From assembly GCF_009914755.1 (NCBI RefSeq), contig NC_060932.1: DNA of 64,000 nt. One strand, 5' to 3'. Positions 31,926 to 45,021 of this stretch are shown here, one piece after another (within the stretch, counting starts at the first letter, position 1; each line of letters begins with the position of its first letter). Source of the stretch: the human T2T-CHM13v2.0 reference genome, Homo sapiens. The notes under the pieces are model-generated. The model was not told the origin of the DNA, did not search any database, and saw nothing but the letters and a program-made list of their open reading frames with translations. Made by a program: the position numbers and the translations under genes.

Positions 31926-34900
31926 GTTTCCTCAAGTAGATTCAGATGAAGTGACCACAGGTACCAGCTAGTGAATTTTTGAGACAAAATATTAAATCTG
32001 TCTCAAGTTTTTACTGTTTTATTTTGGAGACAAATACACATAAAGGATACATTGCTTTTCTACCCATGTCTAATTTGGTACTTTAGAATTACATTAGGAG
32101 GTAAGAATCCAGCTCTTTTATGAGCTAAGATAGCCAGACTTGATGCCAGTACAGAATGTGCATGCCTTTGAGACATCCGGAGCAATAAGGAAGAGGTTAT
32201 TTTTTCCCCCATGAGAATACTGACTACATCTCTATTAAAGCTACCAGGTGGGTCTGATAAATTACAGATAAACTTGTAAATGACTTACACAAGCAGCTAA
32301 GAGATAATATTGCAATGAAACAATTTACTTATTATTCTTATCAGTAGATTATTGCCTCTTTAGTTTGAATCACGCTGCAGAAGATATCAGCTTGAATTTG
32401 TACTGATATTAGGAAAAGCACATACAAGCCAAAGGAATTCAGATAAAATGGAAAGGGTGCAATGAACCAAAAGACATCATCTCAGCCTAACATTTTAAAA
32501 TGTCCCATTTCATTTTGTTTTTAATACTGTGCCTGTCACATAATAAATGTTCAACATTCCCTTCCTCCTCCTGTTCCTCTTTGATTTGTTTTGACAATAG
32601 TGGACAGGGAGAAGTATTTTACATCCATTATTTCAGCACAAATTTATTTTTCCTGCTTACAAGGTGCTTCCTTCTGGGTCTACAATATTCATCTGAAGAA
32701 AAATGGCACTGATGTTCCTACCCAGTCCCCATCTGGAGTAGGCTCAAGTTCCTCCACAGGGTGGGCTCCTAATGGAGAGAGTATTTCTTTAGGTCCTCTG
32801 GCCTGGGATCCAGCAGCATCTCAGTTTTTCACCATAACACCTATCCCTACCCTCCTTCTAATGAGAAGGTGGCTGTGTGCTTTCTCTGGAATTACCAAGC
32901 AGCTTTATGGGAATAATTCAGTTTGCACCATCCTCCATATACAAACACTGAACCCTCACCACTGATATTTTTCCCAGGTTGGTTCAAGACACTGGAAACT
33001 ACAATGTCTTAGTGCAGCACTTAGTACACGCAAGTGCTAAGTAAGTTGTTGTGATAATCATGATGTTCTTTAATGTAAAAATTTCTCTGTAGCTAAGATT
33101 CAAGAAACCATTTGGCTAAATATTTTAAAAATCTCTTCTTGCTGAAGAAATTTTAGCTTTGACAATCTTTTTTTCCACTTGAATCGAAGTCTTAAACCTT
33201 TTGCCAAAGTTGACTTCCTAACAAGTATTCCCCAAATTGATGTTGCTCCAAAAGATGATCTTGTGAGGATACTCTCTGTGTGCAGGTTCAGATAACAAAA
33301 AAAATAAACATCAGTAGCTGTGCTGTGGATCCCAGTTCTGTAAGTCAGTGCCTTCCCATAAGCCTGATAACTTGTTAGGCAAGAAAAAGAACTGTGGTGC
33401 GTGTGAAGTTAAACCCAGCAGTTTTCTGCTCTTGGTTAAGGACTGTCTCATTTTCAGTATTACCTGACGTTACCGGTTGCTCAGAAAACTGACTGAATAA
33501 CTTGCTGGAAGCAACTTGCTGGGAAGCCCCAAGGAAACTCAAGAGTTCCTGCTTTGCCTCTCTTTTCTATTAGAGGCAGTCACCTGGTGACTATTATTCC
33601 TTTCTCTTGAATAATGTGTTTGAACACAAAAATTTAACCCCAGACTGTAAACTACTGGAGCAAGGATTAGAGAATAGCTCTATGAATAAAGCTAGCAGTG
33701 TCTGTCCTCCGTAAGAAGAAAAATCTCTGCAGTTTGAATCAGAGGTTCACCTGGCTTGGAAACTTAGCTCTGTGAGTTTGGAGACATCACCGACCATTTC
33801 TGCACTCCAGCCAGCTTATCTGTAAAAAGCAGGGGTGACGGTAAAACATTTTGCCAAAGTTGACTCTGGATAACGGCGAAAGCTTCACTGAACTGTTGTA
33901 GGGATTAGATGAGATTACGCTGAAGGGAGTGCTTCAGTGCCACAGAAAGTGATCTCTCTCCCTCTCTCCGGCTTCCTATCTTTTGATTTTATGTATCTCT
34001 CTCTATCTCAGCTGACTTGGGGAATTTAATTTCATTCTTCCATTGGGAAAGAAAAAACAACAGGAACTCGCCTTCCCCGGGTGCTTTCCTTAGTGGAATG
34101 AGAATTTTACAGCCCTATAAGATGGTCTGTGTTTGCTGGAGACACAGCATCTGTGTTTTACTTTGTGCTTTGGACAGCTTAGTCTCTTTGATTATAAAAT
34201 GAGAAAAAAATAATTGTCAGTTGGAGAACTTTGTATAGAATGTCTTAATACACAAGAACTCCCATCCTGCATGAAAATCTTAAGATCTTTATAAAAGGGA
34301 CAGTTAATTGGGACATACTGAATGCGATATCAAGTTTGCCAACATTTATCTTTCTGTTAGCCCCTCCTCCCACCAGTATGGTTTCTGAAGTCCTGAATCG
34401 ATTTCCATACCGTTTACTTTTTGAGAACTGAACAGGGTCTGAATTCTTGAGGAGGAATAAGCAGAGTGTAATGGGGAAAAAGGCAAATTAAGAAAAGATT
34501 CTGGCTTCCAGTAGTTCCAGGTAATACTGAAACGCGATCCGCAGGCTTTTAAATCCCTCAGTCCTCAGAAGTTATTTCTGTGAACTGATGGATATGGACG
34601 GACTGATAGAAGAAAATTAGTAGACACCAGCAAAATGGAAGGAGCAATTTTATAGCTGCCCCCTATATAGTGGATTTTTCTGCTTTTTAAAATAAATATT
34701 TGTTTGGACGTTTGAATACAATAGTAAGGATCAGAGGTGCACACATGCGCACCAAGAATATTGACCTGAAAAAGCTTACTGAGATAACAGGAAGGAAAAA
34801 TAGAAAATAAAAATTTAGGTTTGTAGTTTCAATAACGAGACTGTGGATATAGAAAACATTATTGTTTTATTCATTTAAAAATAATTTTAAAAATGTAAAT

Positions 34901-35599
34901 GATGCACACGCTTACAACAACTCAAACAACATTGCAGACGGGCTTGTAATATAAACAGAGTTGTCAGAAGTTTCCATCTCTCCCCAGCCCCAGTGCCACA
35001 GGTCAGAATCAATTCCTTTTTTCTTCCCCCTACTGGGCATTACCTACATTAATAATTCTGCTTGTCTAGTGGTTAATTAATTAATGTACCTGCATGGCTA
35101 ATTTTAGGCTTATGAGTTTTAGACATTTACTTTCTGCTACGACAGCTAAGAATTTCCTGCCCGCTCTTCCTCGGAATATAGTTACATCCTTATTTCCACT
35201 TCTGTTAATTGTCTTTTAAAGTCCAGGACTACATACCCTTTTCTAGTTCCATCGCGAAGGCGGGAAGTCTCGATTCCTCACTGGGAAAGGTGAGGACATG
35301 GATGCCTCCACCCTTCCCTGAAGCACTCCTCTCCTCTTCTGCGGAGGTGGATTTTTAAAAACAGATTGGGGTTGGGGTGGGGGAGGGACAGCACGCAGAA
35401 TATTGATGCAAACGTCATATGAAAAAAAATACATATAATATATATGTATGTATACCTGCAAAGTGCTGTTACATATACGTGTGTATATTAACAGCATTAT
35501 GAATCCCAGACAATTGGGGCCGCTTACCGCCGTGGCTGTGACTTTAAATTCACTCACTTCTTACATCCACTAGGAAAAGAGGATTTGTTTCCCTAAAGC

Positions 35600-36850
35600 C
35601 TATAAAAGGGGAAAGGCTTAGGCGCAGTGGCAGCCCCGTTCCCCGCACCCTCCTGCCCTCGGGTCCCGGGCGGGCTGCGGGAGTTCCTCCTGCGCGGGCG
35701 TCTGAGGCGCTAGAGGTCACCGGAGCGCGCTCCCCTCGCCAGGGACCTACACTCTTCCCGCTGCTACATTAGGCCGCATTAACAAGGATCTGGATTCACT
35801 TTAATTTAAAAGGTAAAAGATCTTAGGTCTGATGGGGGAGTGCGGCGAGGAGAGCTCGGACCGCGACGTCGCGCGCCCGCTTCGAGGAGTTTTGAGCTCT
35901 TAGCTTGGTGCCGGGGCCCGCCCGGCGCTAGATGAAGTGCTCGTTTACTCGGCCTAAGCCACGGTGACTCGAAGGTGAGAATGCAACTTCGCGGTGCACC
36001 GGCTCAGGGGCCTGCCTGCCGCGCCAAGGCTTCGGAAGTTCTCAGCGGGACCGCTGGGACAGGCTTTCCTCTGAGGGAAGAGGAGGGGATTTGTGCCTCT
36101 GCACGTTCTTTCCTGTGGAGGGGAAAATCAAACCCTGTAGCCGTCCGCTGCCGGGTAGGGATCGGGCGATGCTCGGCGCCCGAGTTCTCCGCCGTTGAGG
36201 TGGAGCCCGGCGGCGGGAGCTTAGATTCTCTGTGGGCCACATGGTCTCAGAAGAGGCCCCGCGGCCCGGGGGCGCCCGCAGTGTCGCTGGACCGGCGGCA
36301 GCGCTGGCCACGCCGTGGGCTGGGACTGGCCCGGAACGCGGGTGGCGGTTCGGCCTCGGAGACCCGCGCAGCCGTCGGAGCATCTCCGTGCCTCGCTCAC
36401 CACCTTCTTTTCCTCCGCGTCCGGCGGAGGGTTTCGGCGCGCGGGGCAGGCCTGGAGCGCCGTGAGCAGGCCGGATGCGGGATACGCCAGTGACTACCAG
36501 AGCCAGACCCGGAGCGCGCTGCCGGCGGTGACGGCTAGGCTGGGCCCCTGTCCTTGGGCCGAGTTGCCGAGCTCCCTCGGGGACTTGAAGGTGAAGGGCG
36601 AGGCGCCGGCCGGGGCCGCGGGCCGAGCCAAGGGCGAGTCTCGCATCCGGCGCCTTCCAGGTGGGGCGAAGGTCGAGCGCCAGAGGCTGGCGAGGGACCC
36701 CCGCCCAGCTTGACGCCCAGCTGCGCCCGACGCCGGGGGAGGCGGAGCGCGGGGAACCCGGGCGCCGGGAACCCCGGACGTGGGAGGGCTGGGCTTCTGC
36801 GCGGGGAGACGCCGGGCTTGGCGAACATCCTCAAGAACCGGTCGGTGGCT
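35600..36850. promoter_or_regulatory. CpG island overlapping the SOX17 pseudogene 5' end; TATA-like box at 35601
   Basis: Dense CpG and high GC; CCTATAAAAG at the 5' edge. Confidence 0.7.
36234..36740 (+). pseudogene. SOX17 tandem pseudogene, promoter/5'UTR/exon-1 paralogue
   Basis: Aligns to ~27144-27703; reads [64 protein letters not shown]; ATG changed to GTG at 36462, 18-nt deletion, HMG box disrupted, stop at 36711-36713, donor GT changed to GG. Confidence 0.95.
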
Positions 36851-37309
36851 CTACCTCCGAAAACTCTTTCGTGTTTAGCGATTCTCATATTTAGTGTTTC
36901 CCTTTAGGGAGACTTGACCGGCAATTGCAGACTCGTCTTGGGAGCTGGAGATGACATTAAATAAAAAGTTCAAAACCAAATTGTTAATTATCTCCAGGTA
37001 TAAACGATAACACAAAATTTTGCAGTCTTGGGAGAAAGGTTTTAATGTGCCGCCTAATTAGGCCAGGTTCTGCAAAAACGAAACAGCTCTATTCCAAGTT
37101 AAAAAGTATGCCCCTATTCCAAGTTAAAAGAAAAAAAAGTTGTATTCCTTGTTCATTTATTGAGTAAGGAATTGAGAGATGGGTGCTGAGTTATTACAGA
37201 TTCTAACTGCTCGCCACACATGGAGCTAGAAATACATTTAACAGCCTTTCAGGAAAACGCCTAAAGCTTTAGAATTTCAAGCTAGCCAGGTTGCAATCTA
37301 GAGCTCTAG

Positions 37310-37917
<608 letters not shown>

Positions 37918-38102
37918 TAAGAGAAGGAATAAAATGGCCCGAGTTTATTTTAATCAAACCAGTGTAAAACCCTTTCTATTCTGCATTATAGCTTTATTTA
38001 AAACTTATTTCATAGAAATGTAAGCAGCATATGAAAACAGTTTCCCTGCTCCAGTCCCAACTTCAGATATTCAGATATGTGTCCTGTGTTCCCTTGAACA
38101 CA

Positions 38103-38544
38103 TTTTCTCTTTTCTTTTCTTTCTTTCCTTTATTTCTTTTCTTTTTCTTTCTTTCTTTCTTTCTTTTTCTTTCTTTCTTTTTTCTCTTTCTTTCTCTCTC
38201 TTTCTTTCTTTCTTTCTCTTTCTTTCTTTCTTTCCTCTCTTTCTCGCTTTCTTTTTTTCTTTTTTTGAGATGGAGTCTGGCTCTGTCACCACGCTGGAGT
38301 GCAGTGGTGCGATCTCCGCTCACTGCAACCTCCGTCTCCTGGGTTCAAGCAGTTCTACCTCAGCCTCCCGAGTAGCTCGGATTACAGGCGTCCGCCACCA
38401 GGCCCAGCTATTTTTTGCATTTTTAGTAGAGACGGGATTTCACTACGTTGGCCACGATGGTCTGGAACTCCTGACCTCAGGCGATCTGCCCAACTCGGCC
38501 TCCCAAAATTCTGGGATTACAGGCGTGAGCCACCGCGCCCAGCC
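38103..38544 (-). mobile_element. AluS element with a ~160-bp (TTTC)n polypyrimidine tail
   Basis: Reverse Alu at 38267-38544; CT-rich tract at 38103-38266; ACACATTTTCT TSD-like flanks. Confidence 0.9.
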
Positions 38545-39339
38545 GCACACATTTTCTATTTACAGTCATACAGAGGAGTTTCTCCCCCCAAGCCCCCATT
38601 GGGATCGCATTTTCCTACTATTCTGAAACTTGCTTTTTCAGTTTAGAGTACACATTTGGCGGTCTTGTATTCCTAGAAGATGGACTTCGATTTACCGGTT
38701 GATGGTCTTCTCCACTCTTCCGTGGGGTCAGCCCCACTTGTCCCGTCTCCAGTCCAATGTCAGTTTGTGACTTAATCTTTTACATCGTGTACAGTCTGAG
38801 CCCTCAGACCCCCTCACACATGCACAAATTGAGTTTATGCACAGAACAGATAGTACCTGTACTTAAATGTAGACTCACTGGGGAGCACGTTTCACTCCAT
38901 AAGAAAAGGGGTAAAAATTGTGCACACCATAATTGCAATATTTTACAAGACCGGTGCTTTCTTTATCTCAGGGGTGCTGGCAGAGAGAGGTGCATAGAAA
39001 ACTCTGGGTGGGTTATTTCCTCCTGGAGCATTGCCCCTCCGTTGCCTGCTTACCTGGGCAAGTGCTGGTCTGCGTGGATGGCTTATTGGCACTTCCGGGA
39101 CCCTCATGTCGTAAGGCTGAGACCTAAGAAGCTGATTCTGTCCAGGAGGTGAGATCTGCCCCGATAATCGTAGGCTGATGGGGTCGCTGCTCTGGCGTCA
39201 TAGTTAATGTTAACTTCCACTCACACTGTGTTCGTCTGGGTGATAAAAGTGTGTGGGGCGCCTCTTTGCAGGCTTCCTGTCCTCTTGGGAGATGTCTGCG
39301 CTTTGTGAGTTTGGGAAACAACTGGGTACCCAGCGAGGT

Positions 39340-39900
39340 GGGCGCAGGAGGAGGAGCTGCCTTCCTCCGGGAGGCGGCGCAGCGCGGGGATCTTGCGGGA
39401 CCAGGCCAGAGACCAGGACCGTCCCCCAACCGTTCGCGGCCGCGTAGCCCTGGGCGGCCTGGGCCTGCCCTTCCCTGCGCAGGGCTTTCCCTCCTGCCGG
39501 TCGCTGCCCCGCACATGGCTCTGGTCGTACTCCCGCTCCACCGCCACCACTGCCCACGCCCTGCGTCCCCGTTTGACCGCGTGGAGCCGGACCCCGCCTT
39601 CCTCGCCCCGCGCTGCCCCAGGCCTGCCCCGCACCAGCAGCTAAGCGCAGGTCTCTACTGCAAGCCCGCAGCCCCCTCATCGCTGGGCCTACTGGCGACC
39701 CCCGGCGCCATGCGCGTGAACTGTGGGCGATGGGCTCGCCCTTGGCGGGCGGCGCGCGCGGTTTCCAGATGCAGCCGCCGCGCCGGGGCAGCTGACGCCG
39801 CCTCCAAAGACGCGCCCTGCTGGACGGCGCTGACCCCACGCAGCCAGCGGAGTCTCCTGGGAACAGCCCAGGCGCCGGTGCCGACTTCAACCTCTCTGCT
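39340..39900 (+). pseudogene. SOX17 tandem pseudogene, exon-2 paralogue (frameshifted, deleted, CpG-rich)
   Basis: GRVALGGLGLPFPAQGFP vs SOX17 [18 protein letters not shown]; SPFDRVEPDPAFL vs [13 protein letters not shown]; LGLLATPGAMRV vs [12 protein letters not shown]; GCGATGGGCTCGCCC...TTCCAGATGCAGCCG shared at nucleotide level. Confidence 0.92.
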
Positions 39901-40293
39901 CAGGCCTCTGAGTTGCGTTACCAGCTTACCATGTATTACTAAGACTGACAGAATATAGGAAATATTCCTGTCTTTCTCAGAAGGAACTTTCCAGTAAAGA
40001 CAGCGTTTAATACTGTTAACGTCTCAAAGGAGGCAGTGAAAAATGTGCTCAGCTTAAGCATATGCAAAGTCAGTCTATTTCCATTTTCTACTTATGCACA
40101 TTATATTTTGCATTAAAGTTTGATCATTTTAAAAGTGGAAAATTAATGGGCAGTGGCAGAAACAGCTTTTTTCCCCCAAAAGTAATCTTCTTCCAACTAG
40201 TTTTAAACATTTTACTAACAATTATTGAGTATCTTCTACATTTTAAGTCATTATTTTAAAGTTCTTGGTTATTGACATGTTGTAAATTTGAAA

Positions 40294-40330
40294 AATAAAG
40301 TTTTTCTTAAAAAATTGTGTGTGTATGTAG
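40294..40330 (+). terminator. Candidate polyA signal downstream of the pseudogene
   Basis: AATAAA at 40294-40299 followed by a GU-rich TTGTGTGTGTATGT element. Confidence 0.35.
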
Positions 40331-41432
40331 ATTTTATATTCTGCAAAATTAAATGAAGTGTGTGTGTGTGTTATTCAGGGCCCCGCAGGAAACAGCTAAC
40401 ATACTTAAAGAGTGCCCGAAGAAAGATCATGAGTGGTCTATACATGTGAATCCATCTCGGGACTGGAAGCATCCAGGGCCCCAGGCGCTCAAAGCTGCAC
40501 TCATCAGGCCTGACTGGGATGATGGCAAAGCAGTCCCTGGAGCCCACGATGACTGTGGCTTTAGGAGTTCTGCCAGCCAGGAGCTCTGACCTTGAAGCTA
40601 ATGCTGATTGTGGCCCAGAAAGATGGGACTAGGAAATAAATCCCGGAGAAAATCCTGTTGCCCACCTGGTTTGCTGGCCAAACCTGACCCCCAAACCAGA
40701 GGACAGGAGGCCAGTGGACGCAGGAACCCGGAGAGTTGGGGGAGAGGGCATATGCTGGGGGACATCCAGGTGGAAAGGGCCAGGCTTTCCTTTAAGCAGC
40801 TCCATGGGAGGCCGTTTAGCAGAGCACCGTCATATTATGGGTGCGGAGCGTCAGGGATGGGAGGAGGGAATCTTAGCTGCTGTTCTTCTCATTCTCAAGA
40901 ACTTTATGGCCCAGGTGGGGACCCAACCAAAAATGAGTAACAATACAACATTGCCGGGTGGAACGTTCCTTCCCTACTTTCTCTGGTTGACATTACTTCT
41001 TAGAAAGGTTGGGTGACACCCTCTTAGGAGCTTGTGTTTTGTCCCTTAAATGTTAGAGGTTTGAAATACTAGTTTCTGAGGAGGCTTTTCAAAGGTTGGG
41101 GATACATTAGTACCTGCAGAATGAGCTAATAAAATGGATTAATACATGCCATTCTCCATGATAAATGTAGAGTACGTATCTTGCTATTTTTCATACTACT
41201 TACTTAAGACTTTGAATGAGCTTGGCTATTTTCCGACCAAAAATTAGCTATGGTTTTCAAAAGAGCTTTGTAATGTTTGAGTGCTTTTCCCTGGAATCAG
41301 GGATGTGGATGTAGGGTGAATGATTTCTGTAGAGGATTTCTAAAATCGGTTTTTCAGGAAGCATCTTTGTGATCAAAGGTGCAATTCAACTCCCTGGATT
41401 CATGTTAAATAAATTTTGAAATGAAATACCAT

Positions 41433-41794
<362 letters not shown>

Positions 41795-41970
41795 TCAGAT
41801 GGGATGCGACCATGGCAGTTGTTGCTGTCTCCCCAGAAGAACTTTGGTTTTTCTTTGGAGAACTTGCCCTTTCAGCATCGTCAGTCATGAGGTCTGGGTG
41901 GAGGTCACTCGGGTGAGCCCGGCATGTCTCAAGCTTGTTGGCATTACCCATCCCCCTACCCCCCCAGTTA

Positions 41971-42330
<360 letters not shown>

Positions 42331-42853
42331 TCATGAGAGTTGGGCCAGGAGGTTACCGGTGGAGAACGGACACAAAGCCAAGCAAGGACACAGAGAACCT
42401 GGATCCCAGGTGACAATATCAAGGCTCCCAGGGAGTGAGCTGTACCTCTGACTACTTCAGTTATGTGAGCAAATTCAGTTTATTTACTATGAGTTCATTT
42501 TCTTTTCACTTGAAACAAAGGGATTCATAACAGATAACCAGGGTACAGGGCAGGCTGGAGCAGTGATTGCTAATTCCACTGGCTGGCACAAGGAAATACC
42601 AAATATGGAGTCTCTTTGGACCGCCGGCATTTGCATTGCCTGAGATCATCCAGAAATGCCGAATCTCAGACCATCGCTGCACTTCTTCTTTAGATTGGTC
42701 CAGAACAGTACTTCTCAAATGAATGTGCATGCAGATCTCCTTGGGATCTTGCTAAAAATGAAGTTCCAAGATTCTGCACTTCTAGCAAGTTCCCAAGCTA
42801 GGCTGATGGATCATACTCAGAGAGCAAAGCCCTGGTCTACACTTACTTCATAG

Positions 42854-43172
<319 letters not shown>

Positions 43173-43584
43173 TTAGGGACCATTCTTAACCTAAAACACT
43201 TGAAGTTCAGGAACGGACACTGAAGATTCATTTCAGAAAAGTCACTAGATGAGAATCTTGGGTCATTTCTCCTCTGCTCCTTACCTCGGCACAGCCTGTC
43301 CTCCTGACTCACCAGGATCCTCTTTCTTTTCTCCAAAGTCTTATCAATGATCTAGTTAGATCGAGACTGACATGAGCTGACAACACATACACCCTGTTGG
43401 CAGGCGGCAAGCAGCCCCCGCTTCCTCATGCATTTCCACTGGCCTCACTGCCAAATTCATTATTGCTCATCATTTCAAGAATCTGTCTCTGGTTTGCTTG
43501 TCTCTCTTACTAGATTAGAGTCAGGCTCTTGCTGTAACACAACATACTGAATTAGATACTGAGTTTCTACCTTCTATAAACAAA

Positions 43585-43740
43585 TGATTCTCAAAGCAGG
43601 TTGCACACTGCAATCAGTGGAAGCTTTAAAAAAAGACTGAGGCTTGGTCTGGCCCCTTGAGATTCTGACTTAATTGGTTTTGCCTGCAGTCAGGGTGTTT
43701 CAGTTTTAAAATCTCTCGAAGTGCTGCTAATTGCTGCCAT
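43585..43740. mobile_element. MER5-like hAT-Charlie remnant
   Basis: TGATTCTCAAA...GAGATTCTGACTTAATTGGT...TTTTAAAATCTCTC. Confidence 0.5.
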
Positions 43741-43794
43741 AAGTAGATGAACATATTGATATCACAGAGCTACCTGAGAAGTCAGTTACTTATT

Positions 43795-44130
43795 TAAGTA
43801 TTTATTTCATCAAATATTTATTGAACATCTATTATATGCCAGACACTATACGTTGTCTTCAAAGATAAGACACATACATTCCCTGTCCTAAAGGAGCCTG
43901 TCATCCTGTAGAAGGGAAAGGTGTATAGACAAATAATTGTAATGGTGTGTTCAATGCAATGAAAAGTATAAAAACTATCCTTTGGCAAAAGGCAGAGTGG
44001 TGGATTCCATGTAAAGGGGCATGGGATAAAGGTAACTATGGCTGACAGTAACTGAGCATTACTATGGAAGAGGAAGGCCTCCAGAGAGTGCTGATGTATG
44101 TGTGAGGCCTTGAAGGAGGAGAGAACCCAA
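43795..44130 (-). mobile_element. L2 remnant
   Basis: CAAATATTTATTGAACATCTATTATATGCCAGACACT...CCCTGTCCTAAAGGAGC. Confidence 0.65.
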
Positions 44131-44987
44131 TGAAGAAGGTGAGTGGGAGATGGGATGGGGAAGGTTTTTCTGGGTTGAGGTTGGGGGATTTGGGGATGAG
44201 ATGGTGGAGGAGCTGAGGGGGCTCCCTTCTGTTTTCTTTGTAAAATCAGAGTGGGGTGAAAACCTGAGAGGGCACAGTGCTGGGTGTTGGGAGGGGCAGG
44301 GGCATTGGCAGGGGTGGGCCTGAGAAAAGCAGTGAGCTCTGTTCTGCAACATTGAAGGCCCTGATAAAGGTGAGTTCATAGATCAGCATCCCTCTTCAGG
44401 CTCTTGTGAGCAGAAGCTCCCATGTAAACAGAGATGAGACTATAGGATTCATCCGAAGCTGTGCTTTCAGCAGCAGGGGTGAAGGCAGACAAGAGGGCCA
44501 GAGAGTGTTGGTGAGACTGGGGTTCGAGAGTTCCAATTTCCATATGGAGGAAGTGAGATCTGAAGAGAGCTTGGGAAAAAGGGAGGGAGAAGCTGGGATG
44601 ACAGGAGAAAGTATCAGAGGGGAATTTCAGAGACAAGTAGGTCAGGGTGACCAAAATGTGCAGGATGGACTGCTGAGGGGGTGACTGTCACTGGAGTTGT
44701 GGAGCTCTGGGACGTGGATGCTGAAACCCCCCATGGTGGGGAGGGGAAGACTGTGATCCTCTCTGTACATGGTTCATGAGATGCCCACCAGTGGGTCCAC
44801 CCAGAGGGGAAGGCAAGTCTAGTGGGAGTGGATTTGAAGAAATCATTCAGGAGGGGGAGGTAAAAGAGAACATAGGGACATGGCACTGAAATGCAAAACA
44901 GAGCAATGGAGAAACAGGAAAATACTGAGGAAAAAGGACAGAGGTTCCTAGTGATAAAAGGAAGCCTTGCACATCCCTCTGAAAGCT

Positions 44988-45021
<34 letters not shown>

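Noticed and set aside
36462-36650. GC-biased substitution in the pseudogene N-terminal tract
   Set aside because: Counted differences run in both directions (several C>T as well as A/T>G/C), so no bias is evident there
37088-37130. CTATTCCAAGTTAAAA doublet resembling the SOX17 3'UTR (CCCTATTTCCAAGTTCAAG)
   Set aside because: Short AT-rich match out of collinear order; best read as a local 25-bp-period duplication
39251-39958. 235-aa ORF as an intact SOX17-like gene
   Set aside because: Non-ATG start; SOX17 similarity switches between frames; no HMG box; explained as pseudogene remnant
39960-40290. Paralogue of the SOX17 3'UTR
   Set aside because: AT-rich and in the expected position, but no convincing alignment by eye
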